Assembly (NCBI GenBank): GCA_013239625.1
Contig: MU053652.1
Span: forward strand, 8,940,077-9,004,076
Direction of reading: 5' to 3'
Origin: Lama guanicoe
Lineage: Eukaryota
DNA length: 64,000 bases
Shown: positions 14,320-25,640 of the stretch, one piece after another
How the letters are laid out: each line of letters begins with the position of its first letter
How positions within the stretch are numbered: position 1 is the stretch's first letter
Made by a program: the position numbers and the translations under genes
The notes under the pieces: generated by a model
The model's input: only the letters and a program-made list of their open reading frames with translations
What the model was told of the DNA's origin: nothing
Database searches by the model: none

Positions 14320-14540
14320 TGCCATTCCCAGGGCACCTCCATGTGCCAGGAAACGTGTGAGGTACTCGACCTATATCATTTCTAACCTTCTAGACTAGAT
14401 GCCATTATCCCCATTTTATCCTTATTTTCAGGTTAAGGAATCTCCCACCCAGAGAAAATAAAGGACTTATTAAGTGTTAAACGGACTTTCAAATTGTACC
14501 TCTTTAGTTTCCATAGTCTGTGCTGTCTCTACCACACTGC
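14320..14540 (-). mobile_element. MIR SINE fragment
   Basis: gcacctccatgtgccagg ... attatccccattttat ... is the reverse-strand MIR core pattern. Confidence 0.55.
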
Positions 14541-15150
14541 AGACTTACAAAATTTGACATAGTTAAACAGTGTTCGTGGGACGAGGGCTGGACCAGGAAC
14601 AAGAAACCTGAGTTCCAGCCAAAGTTCAGCTATTAATCGTCCGAGTGAGCTTCAATTCAAGAAGTCACGTCACCCATTTGAGACTCAGAAGAAGCAGTGC
14701 CTCTAAACTGAAGAAGTTGGTCTAGAACTCCAGCTCGTTTCTGAAATCCCTTCCAGATAGGAAACTAACAAATTGAATTAGTTTTAATTTTAGCAGTGGT
14801 GACAAAAGTTACTGGGTTGGTTGCATGCTGAGTCTTGCATCCCAGATAGCAATTCTTAAGTATTTTTTGTGATAGCCAAGTGAAAGCAAGGTTTCCCCCT
14901 CCAGAAGCAGTAGCAATTCCAGTCGGTAAGGAGACACAAGGTTCCGTACGGAAGCACAGCTGTGCCATTGGACATTCGGTGTATCTACCACCATGCTTCT
15001 GAACCGCACATTTAGAAAAATAGTTGGAACACATATTGTTCACGCTAAGTCTCTCTGAGTGACCAGTGTATCTTCAACAGAGGCTGTCTTTGCCTCTCAA
15101 GGGGTCATCAGTGGTATACATGCTAAGTTTAAAATCTACATATTAATAAA

Positions 15151-15326
15151 ATATTCCCCATATTGTACAATATATCCTTGTAACTTATATTGTACAACAT
15201 GGGAAATATAGCCAGTATTTTATAATAACTATAAATGGAGTATAACCTTTAAAAGCTGTGAATCACTATATTTTACACCTGTAACATAGAATATTGTACA
15301 GCAACTATACTTTAAAAAAAGAAAAA
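15151..15326 (+). mobile_element. Truncated L1 3' end with a 5' inverted segment
   Basis: 15186-15326 is an L1 3' terminus (gggaaatatagccagtattttataataactataaatggagtataacc...caactatactttaaaaaaa). About 15151-15187 is the reverse complement of the overlapping upstream L1 sequence. Confidence 0.7.
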
Positions 15327-18300
15327 TTATACTCAGTTATTGCTATTGTATTTTGAATTTAGCCAATGGAAAAAAATCTGCACTTTAAATTTACTTTTTA
15401 AATGTTAAAAAAAAAAGTGTCTAATCTGGGTAAGAGAAATCTAAAGGAAGTTCTGTGTAGTAGGAGAGGTCATGGATTCACCGAAAGGTGTTCTGCTTTG
15501 TAAGCAGTCTCTCTTGCCCCAATGTCTAAAACATCATTGTCCGTAGCTGTTAAAAAAAAATTGCATCAAATTAAAACCATCTACCACTTCTCTGATCCCA
15601 GTACAAAAGTATGGCAATGATTTTCTAGTTCTAAATTCCATTTTGAATGCCTACTGTGACGCTTCTCCCCACACTTTTGGGTTTCAGGAAACGTAGTCCC
15701 GGCACAGGGCCCCAGGTGTCAGGAGAGAGGTGGGGCGCGTTCCCTGAGAGCTCTGGATCTCTGGGTTGGAAAGTGGTGATCTTCCTTAAGTCTTAACTGA
15801 CGTCTGTGGTAACCACCACAAAAGCATCCTCTGCGGTCATTTTCTGATGTCCAAGAATATTACAATACTGAGGCTATGAGGGGCTGACTAAAGTGACTCT
15901 TCTGTCCAGGAGAGACATGAAACCTACCGAACTCTCTAAACCTTTGCATGTTTATAGGGCATCGCCCTTCTTGAGTCCCTTTGAAACAATTTCCTTTCAG
16001 CTCTCGCGTTGCTGAAGACACATCAGGGTGCAGTATTTAATTGGTAAATCATGCAGATTAAACACTCTCTTGTGTTATAAACTGATTAAGTACTTAATTG
16101 TCGAGGAGTTCATCTCAACAAGATTTTTAAAAAGTGTTGTGACGTCTTGTAAAATTAAAAGTAATTCTTTAAATGATAGTTAATCAGTTATATTCATCAA
16201 ACTGGTATTTTATAAAGGATTAATTTCTCAGGACTTTCTTTGGAAAGAATTCTTTTTGGTAAAGAAACTCTAAAGTAAACATTTTAAGTAAAATTGACCT
16301 AAACTATGTGAGTTCAGGAGCCATTTTAAGATATGATAAGATAGAAGGGGGAAAATGAAACTGTTGCAAGTGAATATGCTTCTCAGAGTAAAAGTAATTT
16401 TGCACTTCTGTGCTCTGGTTTGTCTCTGGACTCCCAAGTAAGAAAGGGAGAAATGCTCAGAATGTTTGAGTTTAGTATTTCCCCCCAAGGCCTAAACTTT
16501 TTGATTGGAGAATTTATTCATCCTCAGCAAGACTGACATGACTATTCTTAACTTACTTAAAAATTAAATTTAGTATCATGTTGACTTCCCAAGGATACTT
16601 GAAATCAACAGAACATGAGTAAGAATGACTGCTAGATGGCAGGGTATATTTAGAAATGACCATCTCCTTTTTCAGTCCTGTTCCTTGGATGAATTTCTTT
16701 GTGTGTGTAATCAACCTCTTTATTAGAAATGCAGGCTGGAGCCCTTTATGATGAAGGCTTCTTTACCTCTTGCATTTCTTCTACTTCCTTGATACTTTAG
16801 ATACATTCCCTTCTAAGTGAACGCCAATTTAAAAATAGCAGTTTTCTTCTTTTCAATGATCTTTCGCTTTCAAATGACTGGCAAGTTGTTATATAGGCTG
16901 CCTAAATCGGTACACGTTCCCATCAGAGAGCGTTTTCTTTTTTCTATTTTCTTTTTTGTCTCTATGTAAAACTAAGTCAAATATCAAACAGTAACTGTTG
17001 GCCCATATGCCCCACCATGATTTTCCTATGAACACTCAAAATTAAATGTTTCTATCACTGTCATGTCGTAACTACTCTTTTCCTTTTCCATCCATAGAAA
17101 AGATGGCTGATTTAAGCTCAGGGATGTACCCAAGACTATCTGAGATCATTTCTTTCTACTCGTTGTTATGCCGTGTGCCCTGGCGCCTTGTTGTGTCCTA
17201 AAGGTAGATAAGAACTCTGTCTGTTTCTTGTCTGTGTTATAGGACCTGCATCTTGCATCTCCCACATTTGAACAGTCTTACTCAGCTGCTTTAACACATT
17301 ATGGCTCATTTTTTAATTGCATAAGTTCCTGCTTTGTGTTACCCACAGCACTGGAACTGGCACTGAAGTCGTTTGACCTCTTATATGATCGTTATAGTCA
17401 GACTTGTTCTGTACATTGTCTTGTCTGCCTTACGAAATGCCAAGCAGAGCTTACTCCTCCGCTGGGGTTTTGTTTTTTTTTTCCCTCAAAGTTTGTTTCT
17501 CTTCAAAACCTCTGCTCTCGGATTACAGCTGTCTCGTTCATTTTCGTTAATAATCCTTATTTTAATGTTCAGTTATCATTTGTAAGTGTAAGAATCCATG
17601 AAAGGAACTACTTTTGATGTACGTGGAGTGCCAAAAGAGCTTTGGCAAGTCCAGACGCAGCTCAGAGCGGCCAGAGACCCTCATTTGAATCTAAGCTGTT
17701 GGTGAATTAAAACCTGAGAAACTTGAGATGAGCGTGCCTAATTGCTTCAAGGAAACTCAACCAGAAAATGGATTGTAGCTTGTTGATCTTATTTCTTTGA
17801 TAATTCAAAAGAATCTTCAAGGAATATGTGGACTTCTTACTTTGATTCCTGAAATGTGATCACGGAACACAATTGTCATTTGGCCCATGCCCAGAAATAC
17901 ACATCTTTGCATGAGGCACCTGGACATATGTGGCAGGTCTGGTAGAATCAGCTAATTAACAACACAGGCTTAAACAGGCACCTCATCTGGCAGTGGAGTT
18001 AGTTGCCTGATGGTGCTCAGCAGGATTGGGTAGTGCTTTTTATTTTTCTATCCTAATGGTCTGCTGCCCACCTAATTTTGCCTTATTGTCAGTCACTACT
18101 TACCGCAGCGTGGGGCCCTCCCAGGAGGCTAAATTATTATCAAAGGATTAGGGAGATGTAGCTTTGCAGCTCTGACATTTCTGATTACTTGTCTATGCCA
18201 GAACACTAATTAGCTGTGACTAATTAAGAAAAATGTTCCTGCCATAGAAAACCATTTAAAAGAACTGAGAAGTAGAAAAGCAATTCAAAAGCTGAGCAGT

Positions 18301-19249
18301 GCTCAGATTTGCTGATGCTCTTTAGATTTCCACCAGAGCCTTAACTCACCTTTAATTGTGCTCAGAATTAAAAAAAAAAAAAGAATAGAAAAAAATCTCA
18401 CATGCAAACTGATCTGAGGTTTTTGCTTGAATAGGGGAAAAAATGGTTGTTGATCACCTAAAATCTCTTAGCAATAGTAAAACCATCTCTGATGAATGAA
18501 AGATTGCTGAAACTTGCATTTTCATCGAGAAATTTTTCTCAGTATCTAATGTGTAAAATGTGCGTTTACTTTGCTTCAGGCAAGCCAGTAACAAGGACTT
18601 GACAGTCAGGGAAGAAATTAGAATGTTCTCCCTACTGATTTCATCAAAGATAGCTGAAAAAGTTACAAGCCACATGTTGAACGTTTCCAAAGTTATTCAG
18701 TATTGGTTCCATGTGGCTTTCACATGTAAGATGGTCTGGAAACTCTGACTTCTCCGCCCAGAGCCTGGCTTTTCCTGGGTGACTTTGCACTCCTGCACTG
18801 CAGCTGACTTCCCGTGATTTATTAATGGAAACACCCCACCCCTCCCCTCCTGAGACCAGCATCTCTTATCAGTTGACCAGTGTGGTGTTTTCATAGGAAT
18901 GACAGCCACCCTTCTCCTTCTCTTCAGCAGCAACTTCTGAAGCAAATGACACATGTATTTAAGGCCATTTTCTGTGGTGGCTTTTTGAACTCCTCCTCTG
19001 TGGGGCACACCCTCTGCAAACCTCCCCTGGCAGCCCCATCTCCATGGTCAGTACCATTCACACCAGGGACAACCGGAGTCCCACTATTGACTAAGTCCAA
19101 CCAAAAAAAAGAAAAAAAACCCATGTAAAAAAGCGGCTATTGGGGTAAGTTAGCATCATTGTGGCCAAACCATGTGTTTACTGAATTCATTTAAAGGAAA
19201 CTCTAAAAAAAAAAAACAATAATCACAGGTACTTAGAAACACCTAAACT

Positions 19250-19720
19250 CCAGAGAGCCTTCAATTTCTCGATCTCAGCCCAGCCCTAGGTAGGAGACCA
19301 TCTACAGTTTGCTCTCTTAATATGGGCAAAATGTTTTGTTTGAAATAAAGTGAGTTCTAACTCCTACCTCACCTAAATTCTTCGTGCTGTTTTTTTAAAC
19401 TCATTTCCCCTTTTCTCCTCAGTGGAGAACAAAAAGCAGGTAGCCAGCATCTCTAGGGAATAATCCTTCTGTATATGAAGACTGTGATTAAGGGCCCTGT
19501 CATACTTGTCTACTGCAGGGTAAATAATCCCCATTTGCTAACCTTCTCTTCATGGGCCCCTTTTCTAGCCCTTTAATCATCTTTGTGGCTGTCCTTTGAA
19601 ACTTCTCAAAATGGTCTCAGTCATGCTTCGGGTTTATAGAGTAAGGAATAGGATGCAGTATTTGAATGTGGCTGGACAAGATTTTTTCAAGCTCTATTCC
19701 TGCTGATGCAGTCTAATGTT
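19250..19720 (-). mobile_element. Ancient CR1/L3-like LINE fragment
   Basis: ttttctagccctttaatcatctttgtggctgtcctttgaaacttctc...gaataggatgcagtatt resembles the reverse strand of the CR1/L3 ORF2 3' region. Very diverged. Confidence 0.45.
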
Positions 19721-21154
19721 TAACTTTCCCATGCTCTTGCTCTACTGATCCTTGTAAATTTGGTTCCGTGTACTCCCCACATGTCTTGTTGACTTTCCCC
19801 CTAGTTACTGCCTATAGTCTACACGTAAAATGTGTATGTTTATTGATGTTCATTCAGTTGACGTTTTGGATGCATGAGCTAGGAAACAAATCCAATTCAT
19901 CATTCAATTAGGATGTGTAAGGAATGGTGGTGAATGCTGGGATTCAAAGGTTAGGCATTGGTTTTGTCCCACATAGTTGGGTATCTCCGTCACAATGACT
20001 CGGCAGGGCCCTAATTAAAATAGGAAATCAAAACCCGTCTTAGTCGTCCAACCAGTATTTAATTTCTAGAGGCCACACATTGCTAGAGGCTGGGAATGCA
20101 ATGTTAGACAAAACGAAGTTCCTGCCTGAAGGGAGCTTGCATTCTGATGACCAAATGTGTCATTTGAAAAAGTTGTTAATTTCTACATGAAAATGTTTCA
20201 TGTTTCCATCTACTGAACAGACATGAATAGATGTCTTTTTAAATGGATGTACTATAGAGACCTAAAATTCGGTACCCTTTCAAAATAGATGATAGTGATG
20301 ATCTCTGACATGTATTTATTTCTCTCTGTTTTAAGTAGATAATTGGAATCTTGCCAGAACTTAGGGCCAATGCAAGGGTTGTACCTGGCTCTTGTATGTT
20401 TGCAATATCAAGTACCACGACTGTGCAATCAGGGCACAGTCTCCCTCTCTACCCTTCATGGGTTCTTGGCTCAAAAGCCAGGCTTAAACCAACTCCCAGG
20501 AGAGCTGTCGTGTTCCCTCAGACTCACGTCAACAATGCCACAGCAGTGATGTTGTTCTGCCTTTTTTGAACACCTCTCTCCAAACCAACAAGCACTGAAG
20601 GCACCCAGGACATGTCACTTAGTAGCATGTCGCAGGCAGCACTGCCAACCGTACCCCAGATATGCCCCACAGCCCCAGACCCCCCGGGGATAGGTACCAA
20701 CACCCCTGAGCATATGCCGGAGAGGCAGCTCGCTGCTTGTGTGACAAACTCTGGAGGGCCGATCCAAGAGCTGAGCACGTCAACAACTGAGCATGTGATG
20801 TTGCCTTAGTGTGTAAGAGTCTATATGTGGACACTCATATATGGACATGGATATGGGGGTATGTTAGTTTATAGTACTTCCTCCTTTACTTAGTTCATCA
20901 CCCACAACAAAATTAGACTGTGACATTTTAAGTTCTACTTTAGTCCTGTGTTAAATGTCTTTAGCCAAATGCAGTTAGTTACTTTTTGGCGATTTCTACA
21001 ACTTTAACATCTGTTAAATTATTTTTCTACTAATGAAACATGTAATTCAAGCCAACAATTCATCTGGCTCTGATATTCTTTTACCCTTTTTCTATTGAAA
21101 AGCTGCCCTGCCACTATTAGATCTGTAACAGTTTATATTTCCAAATATTTAAAA

Positions 21155-21400
21155 GCATTCAGTGCTTCAACAAATATGTAATGCGTGTTGTGTGCCAGAT
21201 GTTCTGCTGAGGGCTGGAGAGATCAATGAAAGAAAATTCGGTTGCTGCCTTCTGGATACTCACAGCACATTGAGGCAGACATTGTGCAGTATTTTTATAG
21301 ACACCTGTCCAGAGTTCTAGGAACAGAAAATAAGGGAGCATCTGATTCTACCTAATAAGAGATAGTATTGGCTTCATAGCGAAATAACAAGTCTTAAAGT
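21155..21400 (-). mobile_element. L2 LINE 3' fragment
   Basis: cattcagtgcttcaacaaatatgtaatg...tgtgccagatgttctgct...gctgccttctgg...ctcacag is a typical reverse-strand L2 3' end. Confidence 0.6.
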
Positions 21401-23139
21401 GCAACGTGAATCCAGCCAGTGAACTGCACATGGGGGTAAAAGTCCAGACAGACAGACTGACATGCCCCAAAACCATAGATACAGAGAAACCCAACAGCTC
21501 ACAGATCAGACAGTCATTCAGTTCGCTGAAGGTGGTTCCTGTGGGAGTCTAGCATGAGTCAGGGACGGAAAGGTGGCTGTTTACTCCCATCCCTACAACA
21601 ATCTCAAAAGGTAACTTCAGAATGATTGTTCCCCACTTTTTATAAGGAAACTGAAGCAGGAAGACTTGCTAATCATTCATTCTCAGACCTAGGTTTTGTC
21701 TCAAATTTGTACCATTCAATCGAAGTTGCAGGAGCCGAATTTCTTTTTTATCCAGGTCCTCCATTATTGATTTAAATGCAATACTGACCAAACTTTTGTA
21801 CACCATACTCAAAATGAGTCATTCAATAAGATGAACACGTTAAGTGCCCAAACAGACCATTCATAGACTATGTCTGTGCCCCAAACTGATGCACATGCCA
21901 TTATAACTGGGTTGACCACTGAGTTCAGCCAAACCACTGATTAGTCATTTCAGTCAAAAGATTACCCAAACCAGGATGCACCCCATCTTTTGTCATTAAG
22001 TAGGAGAGAATGGAACAACTGATTCTCTGAAATTATCACTTTATAATCACTAGTCTTTTTAGCACCAGGAAAAGAGCCACAGAATAAACTCACAGAGGCA
22101 CTTGCCTACTTGATGATAATGAATAATGAAGACAGTATTGATTTTAAGGCTCTTTGCGTAGTACAGGACAGGCTTTAATAATATTACTTTCAGGACATTT
22201 TGGAAGGAAGGAAATTTTGGATCCATGAAGTAGTAATGGGTGAAAAAGAACTTTGTACAATCCCCAGTTTGTGGAACTTACCCTGTTATGTAATTCATTC
22301 TGTTTCATAATTGAAGAGGATTGAATGCACCTGGAAATATCTTTGTCATTATATTCATGCATTTTTTTTTAAGAGAAAGCATGAAAAAAAAAGTATTGAA
22401 CTTCAAGAATAGGAAAGATTTTTCAGCATTCGACGAACATTTATCAGGTACTTCCTATGGCAAACCTCCCCTGTTAGCACTTTTTACATTTTCTCTTTCT
22501 TGACAGACATCATAGTGCTCGTGAACTCTCCTTTGCAGACTTCCTTATAAAGTTAAAAAATTAAAAATACCCTGAATATGAGTTTATTGAACACAGAAGA
22601 AAAGAAGACATGAATCAAGTTCTTCTCTGGTCTGTGTTTGAAAATCAGAAAAAAGATGAAGAAAGCTGCACATATAGATCAAGTCCCCTTATGAATGAAC
22701 CAAATATCTTTCCACATTGCATCGTTTTTTTGCAATGAAATACACTATTTCTAGTGATCCTGAGCATCAGGGTGTGTGGCACTTTAAAACATCTTAAGAA
22801 GGGGGCCTGTGGGAAATGCATAGCACAAGAGCCATGTGCTTGGCATCCTGACAGAGTGTGCAGTTATTCAAAGAATTTATTACATTACTTAATTACGTTA
22901 CCGGGTTTACAAATATCTTTGGAACTGTAGATTGCATTAACTTGCAAGAAAATGTGGTAGAATTCTTCAGAACAATGAGCATTTCCTGTATTACTTCACA
23001 GTCCTGTGCTTTTTGATGCCTATCAGGAACCACCAGAAATGATAGATTGTCTGCTACAAGCATCAAACTTCTCTTAAAAAGAATCAAGAGACTTCATTGA
23101 TGAAACGGACTGTTTCATAGAAGGAAGTGGAAAAACCTA

Positions 23140-23340
23140 CTAGTCATGAGCACAGACTCTGAAGCATAGAAACAAGATGAATCTTAATCCTGCCCCTTAT
23201 ATAAACTTAAATAAGTAAATTGCTTAGTTAAAACCCAGTCTTCTACCGACGTGAGCTCAGTGTCCATACAGAATGGATATAACAGCCACCTCATCAAGGT
23301 TGTTGTGAGAATCAAATGAAAGTTTGACTGAAGCTCTTAA
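23140..23340 (+). mobile_element. MIR SINE fragment
   Basis: gagcacagactctgaagc ... aatggatataacagccacctcatcaaggttgttgtgagaatcaaatga matches the MIR core and 3' part. Confidence 0.6.
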
Positions 23341-25596
23341 ACTTCCCATGGGGGATTTTAAAAATCAGATGCCTTTATAATCAGATTATTATTATATAAT
23401 ATAATGCATATAATATATTGACATATTGCTGTGTTTTTTCATAAAATAATAGCTGTGCTTGACAGTTCTTTATAAATTCCATTTATTCCTCATTACACTT
23501 TATTGTTTTCATTTTTATAATATGTACTTCATTAAAAGGCCAAAATGAATAAATTGAAAGCAAAATAACAGGTGATAGAAACTTCTAGGATCCCCAACTT
23601 GCATATTTGGACGAATAAAGCTATATTTAAGCAGCATTAAAAAGGGCAATTTGGCTTTTCCCTTCAGTTTATTTTGAGGAGAATCACAAGCTATATTTTT
23701 TCTAACCATGCACTTTCCTTTAACAGTCAAATCTAATCTCGTAGTATTTCTGGAGAGAATAAGAAGCTTATTTTAAACCTAGATTCATATAGTCTGTCAT
23801 TCATATTGCAGATGAGAAAACTGAGCCACAGAGAAAGCAAACGACAGACTCACTCAAGCAAACAGTAGCATCGCAGGGCCTGGCACTCCCGCCCTCCTAG
23901 CTTCTGAGCTGATGGTCTTGTCTGGTGCGTTCACGGCCAGCCCTCAGCTGCCGTGTCCGGATGCAGGTCTCTGTCTCCCTCCTTCTGCACATCTCTGGGT
24001 CTGGCTGGTTGATAGGTGTAGGTTGGGTTGAATACTTCCTGTATTTTTAACCATGATAGACTGGTTTCAGTTTTCCTTATATATAGCCCTTAATCCTATT
24101 CTAAGCCAACAAAAAATTCGCACTTAAACCTTTCAACATGCTTGTGTATTGAGGGTCTGTTTCATGGAACCAAATATAATCGTTTCATTTCAGTGGGATG
24201 TCTTGAGTAGAGGGGGCAATGTTGGCATTACATCTAATTTATCATTAGTATAAAATTTGCCTTTTAGTGTTTAAAACTGGGAAGTGAATGACCACAAATT
24301 GAGTTACATTAAGTAGATGCACTGTTGATCAAAAAAGCACTCAAGGTATAAAGAAGCACTTATATTTACTTTTTAATGTACTGGTGAAACTGCAGGGCAT
24401 TGACGTTTCTATATATTTTGTTGCCCTCTAAAGCCACAAAATGACCCTAAAGGATGCTTTCTGTTTATGAAACTTATCAAAACTCTTCAGCTTTGCAAAA
24501 CTATTATTTGTTCTTTTATTCAATTTTATTAACATTTAAAAGGTATGTATTTCCTAAGATAAGATTTTCTAGGTGATATCCTATTTCAACGCAGTGGCAA
24601 CTGTGGTGAAACAGACAACTTCTCTTGAAATAAATGAAGAAATGCATACACACTGTGGAAATTTAGCCATTCCATATGCGAGTGCATTAAAAAGCATTGG
24701 GTTGTTGTTTTTTTTTTTCCCTGTTGTTCACCTATGGAGACGAGCTTAGCTGGAGAAGAATGAAAATATATCAGCTAGTTGTACCAATTCATGATCAATA
24801 AAAAGCCAAACACTTAAGCAGAAAATAGATCACAGATTTGTTCCCCAGCAAAGCAGCTATTTTTCCCCTGCCATCATCATCAGAAGCCGCATTCTGACAG
24901 AAATCATTTGCTTGGAGCCGCCACGGTACATGAACCCTATGCGGTCCTGTGATTCAGATTTAGGAATATCAGCGGCAGAGGGTCTAAAGGCATTGTGCAT
25001 TAGTATGTATTGAGACCTCATTCCAGGTGGCAAGCAGCTGGACTTTCTTAAAAATAAAACTTCCAAAATAAATGCAAAGTGCTTGTTTCCAGGCAAGAAG
25101 TGTTATATTTAATTGAGCCCTCCTCGAAATGTGATAAATTAGGCAGGAAAGGGAGCTGTGCATATTTAATATATTTGTTTTGTATTTCCACTAGTCAAGA
25201 GAATAATGAAATTCCTTAACTCCTTCTCTTTAACTTGCATGAAGAAAGCACGGTATGTTGCTAAATCTCTTTTCACCAGCACTGCCGAGAAACAACTTTA
25301 ATCCTTGTTAGAAAATTGCCGAGTCTGGGGCTGACAAAGAGCTCATGCTTGTTCCATTGTCAGTGCTCCCCGGCCCCGAGAGCAGGGCCCTTTACAGCTG
25401 CGTGGATCCCGCCCGGCTCAGCTGCACTATTTAGGAGAGGAGGTTTGTCAATTTCTATTGACAATGGAGAGAGTTTTCCAGGGCCTGTAGCAGTCCTGAC
25501 ACAGTTGGGGATCAATGCCAGCCATTCAGACTGCACCCTCTTTCATTGCTTTGGTTTGTTAATTCAAGACTAAAGGTCCACTGAGGGGGTTCAGGG

Positions 25597-25640
25597 TGTT
25601 TAAGAAAGCTGATGAACTGTTTAAGAAAGCTGATGAACTG
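25597..25640. repeat. Perfect 21-bp tandem duplication
   Basis: tgtttaagaaagctgatgaac occurs twice, followed by tg. Confidence 0.95.

Noticed and set aside
20612..20809. ATG-initiated 65-aa ORF in a GC-richer intronic patch
   Set aside because: No recognisable homology, splice context or promoter, and the length is within chance expectation.
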